54,844 nucleotides of DNA from the NCBI GenBank assembly GCA_041685555.1, contig JAWLFN010000001.1, positions 1 to 54,844 of the forward strand, written 5' to 3'. The DNA comes from Gammaproteobacteria bacterium. GTDB lineage: Bacteria; Pseudomonadota; Gammaproteobacteria; Pseudomonadales; Pseudohongiellaceae. Positions 51,064 to 54,844 of the stretch are shown here, one piece after another. The position numbers and the translations under genes were made by a program. The notes beneath the pieces were generated by a model. That model had not been told where the DNA came from. It searched no databases and saw only the letters and a program-made list of their open reading frames with translations. How positions within the stretch are numbered: the first letter of the stretch is position 1; the number at the start of each line of letters is the position of its first letter.

Positions 51064-54000
51064 ATGATCCGGCGTATTGTGCGAGCGACAGCAAGGCCGA
51101 CAATGATGGTGCTTTCCTTTCTGGTGGTGCTGTTGTCGGTCTATATCCTGACCGGTCGTTATGTGATGACGCAGGCCTCCGGCTGGCAGGAGGAGGTCGA
51201 GGATCTGTTGAGCGACGCGGCGGGCATGCCGGTGAGCATCGACCACCTGCAGGGGGGGTGGCAGGGGCTGCAACCGTCCCTCGCCATTGAGGGGCTGCGT
51301 TTCGGGGAGAGCGAAAGCGCCGCTCTGTCGCTGTCCCGGGCTTTTCTCACCATCGATACGCTGGCCAGTCTGACACAATGGCAGTTGGTTGCCGGGCGCA
51401 TCCGGTTGAGAGATCTGGAACTGGAACTCCATGAGCAGATGGATGGCAGCTGGCAGCTGGCCGGCGTTGAACCCTCCTCATTGCTGCTATCGCCCCGGGC
51501 CACATTCGAGCTGTTGACCCGTCTTGGTGACGTGGAGATCCTGGATACGCGCGCGCGTTTCACCAGCATTGATCAACGTGTCCTGCAACTGGATGATCTG
51601 GCGGTTCTGTTCCAGAGTCGTGGCGGGCGTCACCAGCTGCAGGTCGACGCCTGGCGTAACGGCGACCCCAGGCGCATCTCGCTGTCCGCGGCCCTGCGGG
51701 GGCAAAGTCTTGACACGCTGGATGGCACCGTCCATGCGCTATTGCCGGAAAATGAACTGGGGCTGTTTTCGGGCCTGCTGAGGATCGGCGATGTATCCGT
51801 CGGGGAGCTGGAAGCCGGCCTGGAGTTGCGCGCCGATCTGTTGGACTCCAGGCTTGTGGCGCTGGATCTGGAAGCCGACCTGGGTCGGTTGTCGTTGTCA
51901 CGCAGGGAGCAGGGCAATGCAGTGACCCTGGATGATGTCGGTGGTCGGTTCCGTTACCGCCGCAGTGGAGAGCAGCATCAGCTGCGTGTCGACGGATTAC
52001 GGTTCACACGGGACGGAGTCAGATGGGAGCCGACCACGGGATGGCTGGACTGGCGCAGCGGTCGACAGTTCCGGTTGCTGGCGGAAACCCTCGACGTGGG
52101 TATGCTCTCGGCGTTGATGACTGATACGGGAGTGGCTTCGGGGGCTCTGCTGGATGAACTGCAGACCCTGGACCCGCGGGGGCGTATGCATGCGCTGGAG
52201 CTTGAGGCCGGGCTGGATGGACCGGCGATCGGGGCGCTGTCCGTGCGTGGCAATCTGGACAATGTGCGGGTTGACTCCCGTGGCATGGCGCCAGCGTTAT
52301 GGGGCGCGGATGGTTATACCGAGTTCCTGTACTCGGCGGATTCAGGACAACTGCGGGGGTTTGTGGAGATTGACGCCCGTGACCTTGGGCTGCATCTGCC
52401 CAGGTTGTTTGATGAGCCCTGGAACTATGACCATGTCAATGGAAGAGTCAATGTGCGGCTGGACACGTCCGCCGGCGTGGATCTTAGGGTATCCAGTTCC
52501 GTAATCACGGCTACCTCCGATCTGGTCACCGGCAGAGCACAGTTTGCTACTACGCTGGATGCGCCGGAGGGCGCGGAGCCGTATATCGGTCTTGAATTGA
52601 TGGTCGGAGCACTTCGGGGTGACGCCAGTGGCAAGGCTGCCTATCTGCCCACCGGCGCTGCGGCTCCCCGTCGTGTGCAGGGTATCCTGGAGTGGGTCGA
52701 TGAGTCGGTACTGGAGGGTGAAGTGGCCGGTAGCGGTTTTATCTTTCGAGGCCGTGTGCAGCGCGAAGCCCGACCTGCGGAGCGTACTGTCCAGATGTTT
52801 TATCGGGTCAGGGACGGTGCTCTGCAGTTTGATCCGGCCTGGCCCGCACTGGAGAACATTGGCGGCCTGGTGGTGGTTGACGGGGCGGATGTCGACGTCG
52901 AGGTCGATGCCGGCAGTTCGCTGGGTATCGGGTTCAGCGAGACCCGCGCCGAAGTCAGGGCCAATCCGGACGGGAGTGGATCATGGTTGACCGTCACCGG
53001 ACAGGGTCAGGGCATGGCGCCTCAGGGACTGGAGTATCTGCGACGTACGCCGGTTACGGAAGGGTTGGGCGATTATCTGGCCGGTTGGCAGGCCACTGGA
53101 GAGGTCGATTTCAACCTGGATCTCCAGCTGCCACTTTTTATCGAGGATGCCCGTCCGGTCATCAATCTGTCTTTCGGTATCCGTGACAACTCGGTTTTCA
53201 TACCGGATTATGAACTGCAGCTGGACCAGGTGAACGGCGAAGTACGGTACTCCTCGGTGGACGGGATCAGCAGCGAGGCGTTTCGCGCCGTTGCCTTTGG
53301 CAATGAAATCGGACTGCAGCTGGCGAGTCGCGACTGGGACAGTGGCGTGAACGATACTGTCCTGACGGCCTCCGGGCAGGTGGGGGCTGATGCGCTGCGG
53401 GAATGGCCTCTGGTATCGGAAACCCTCGAGACTATGCTGCAACCGGTGGCGGGTGAGACCGGTTTTCAGTTGCGCCTCGAATTGCCACAGCAGAATGAAC
53501 AGGGCAGAGAACCCGGATTGAGCGTGAGCAGCGATCTGGCCGGCCTGGAGTTGGACCTACCCGCCCCTTTCAGCAAGCCCCGCCAGGACAGTTGGCCCGC
53601 GGAGACGGAGTTGACGTTCTCGTCAGGTGGGGGGGCGGAATTGCAGGTCCGGGTGGCGGATATCTTGTCCGCCAACGCACAGTTCTCCGAGGAAGGGGTC
53701 ACCAGTGGCCTGCTGTTTCTGGGGCCGCCCGGTGACGGTGTCCGGGTGCGGCGGTTCAATGAGGGAGCCACGGGACTGCAGGTGCTGGGGCGGCTCGATA
53801 CACTTTCAGTGGCCGACTGGTTTCAGTACCAGGAGACACATTTCGGAGCAGGGCGGGAAAGCGATCTGATCAACGGATTGTCCGGACTGCTCGATGTCGT
53901 CGATGTCAATGTGGATGATCTTGATGTATTCGGAGAGTCTTTCCGCAATGTGAATGTGCAGCTTGGACGGGACCGGGAACGTATGCAGGTATCCTTGAGC

Positions 54001-54844
54001 TCGGATCAGCTCGCCGGCACCATTACGCTTCCACGACAGGCCGATGAATCATTGGTTGCGGATTTTTCCAGAATCCATACAGGGGGCATGACAGACGATT
54101 CCGGTGAGCAGGCCGATGAGGTATCCGGTGACTCCGCCGGGTCCGATGAAGAGGAAGTACGATTCGAGGAACTCGATACGGTGGAGTACGTCATGCCGCG
54201 CACCGATCCATTGGAACATGTGGATCCACGCGTGTTTCCGGCAATGGTGTTTTCTGTCTCAGACCTGCGAATGGATGGCGCCGAGTTCGGACGCTGGGCT
54301 TTTACCATGGTGCCCCGCGATGACGGAGTGGCGCTGGATGATCTGGTGATCGACTCCCGAGGGCTTCAGGTCGGAACCAGCGAGGAACCGGCGCGTTTTG
54401 TCTGGCAGTATGATGGGCGGCAACATGAGAGTCGTCTGGAGGGATCCATCGTCGCCGCCGACCTGGCCCCGGTGCTGGAGGCTTTCGGCTATGCACCGGT
54501 ATTGGAGAGTGGCAGTGCCCGATTTGATACCCGTCTTGAGTGGGACGGTTCGCCCGCCTTCGTGTCTGCAGTGGGCGTTCGCGGAGAAGTTGATATGGCA
54601 CTGGATGATGGTCGCTTTCGCAGTGGCACGGGCGCCGGTAACAGTGCGCTGAAGCTGATCAGTATCATCAATTTCGATGCGCTGGTCCGTCGGCTGCGTT
54701 TCAGTGATGATCTGCTCAGGGAGGGTCTTGCGTACGAGGAGATCCGTGGCAGGGTGTTTCTGGATGAAGGGATCGTAACCATACAGGATCGACTTCAGAT
54801 CATCGGTCCGTCCAGTCTGTTTCAGCTCAGCGGGTCGGTGAACC
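51064..54844 (+). CDS. yhdP: YhdP-family (AsmA-like, TIGR02099-type) envelope protein; the C-terminus lies beyond the right edge
   Basis: Absent from the ORF track because frame 1 stays open to the window end. ATG 51064 gives MIRRIVRATARPTMMVLSFLVVLLSVYILTGRYVMTQASGWQEEVEDLL. Sits in the conserved position after rng. Confidence 0.85.
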   Translation, partial: MIRRIVRATARPTMMVLSFLVVLLSVYILTGRYVMTQASGWQEEVEDLLSDAAGMPVSIDHLQGGWQGLQPSLAIEGLRFGESESAALSLSRAFLTIDTLASLTQWQLVAGRIRLRDLELELHEQMDGSWQLAGVEPSSLLLSPRATFELLTRLGDVEILDTRARFTSIDQRVLQLDDLAVLFQSRGGRHQLQVDAWRNGDPRRISLSAALRGQSLDTLDGTVHALLPENELGLFSGLLRIGDVSVGELEAGLELRADLLDSRLVALDLEADLGRLSLSRREQGNAVTLDDVGGRFRYRRSGEQHQLRVDGLRFTRDGVRWEPTTGWLDWRSGRQFRLLAETLDVGMLSALMTDTGVASGALLDELQTLDPRGRMHALELEAGLDGPAIGALSVRGNLDNVRVDSRGMAPALWGADGYTEFLYSADSGQLRGFVEIDARDLGLHLPRLFDEPWNYDHVNGRVNVRLDTSAGVDLRVSSSVITATSDLVTGRAQFATTLDAPEGAEPYIGLELMVGALRGDASGKAAYLPTGAAAPRRVQGILEWVDESVLEGEVAGSGFIFRGRVQREARPAERTVQMFYRVRDGALQFDPAWPALENIGGLVVVDGADVDVEVDAGSSLGIGFSETRAEVRANPDGSGSWLTVTGQGQGMAPQGLEYLRRTPVTEGLGDYLAGWQATGEVDFNLDLQLPLFIEDARPVINLSFGIRDNSVFIPDYELQLDQVNGEVRYSSVDGISSEAFRAVAFGNEIGLQLASRDWDSGVNDTVLTASGQVGADALREWPLVSETLETMLQPVAGETGFQLRLELPQQNEQGREPGLSVSSDLAGLELDLPAPFSKPRQDSWPAETELTFSSGGGAELQVRVADILSANAQFSEEGVTSGLLFLGPPGDGVRVRRFNEGATGLQVLGRLDTLSVADWFQYQETHFGAGRESDLINGLSGLLDVVDVNVDDLDVFGESFRNVNVQLGRDRERMQVSLSSDQLAGTITLPRQADESLVADFSRIHTGGMTDDSGEQADEVSGDSAGSDEEEVRFEELDTVEYVMPRTDPLEHVDPRVFPAMVFSVSDLRMDGAEFGRWAFTMVPRDDGVALDDLVIDSRGLQVGTSEEPARFVWQYDGRQHESRLEGSIVAADLAPVLEAFGYAPVLESGSARFDTRLEWDGSPAFVSAVGVRGEVDMALDDGRFRSGTGAGNSALKLISIINFDALVRRLRFSDDLLREGLAYEEIRGRVFLDEGIVTIQDRLQIIGPSSLFQLSGSVN

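Overview
High-GC gammaproteobacterial chromosomal segment, almost entirely coding, read from the six-frame track plus my own translation of the two edge genes. Most of it is core housekeeping in conserved order:
- ettA
- glyA-nrdR-ribD-ribE-ribBA-ribH-nusB-thiL-pgpA-ribA
- xseB-ispA-dxs, with cobO, a btuF-like gene and a traR/dksA-like gene appended
- ychF-pth-rplY-prs-tRNA-Gln-ispE-lolB-TPR
- hemA-prfA-prmC-moeB
- rhlB
- gatCAB
- mreBCD-maf-rng-yhdP

There are two tRNAs (Met-CAU, Gln-UUG). I saw no rRNA, CRISPR array, transposase or integrase.

Non-core content:
1. At the left end, a pair made of a protein with three DnaT-like repeats and a lambda-P-family protein. It looks like a domesticated phage O/P-type helicase-loader module.
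2. An accessory block of about 12 kb (about 17.7-29.7 kb) between xseB and tRNA-Met. It holds a glycosyltransferase-MAPEG-2OG-oxygenase trio, six exported genes of unknown function, and an Fe3+ ABC importer preceded by a sigma70 promoter and a Fur-like box.

The six exported genes are two paralogous secreted proteins, a DUF6152-like protein, a cytochrome c'-like lipoprotein, a HupE/UreJ permease and an anchored periplasmic protein. This set (20.1-25.0 kb) is my best candidate for an undescribed system, possibly periplasmic metal or redox handling. That function is inference only. All family assignments come from motif recognition by eye and need HMM or BLAST confirmation.
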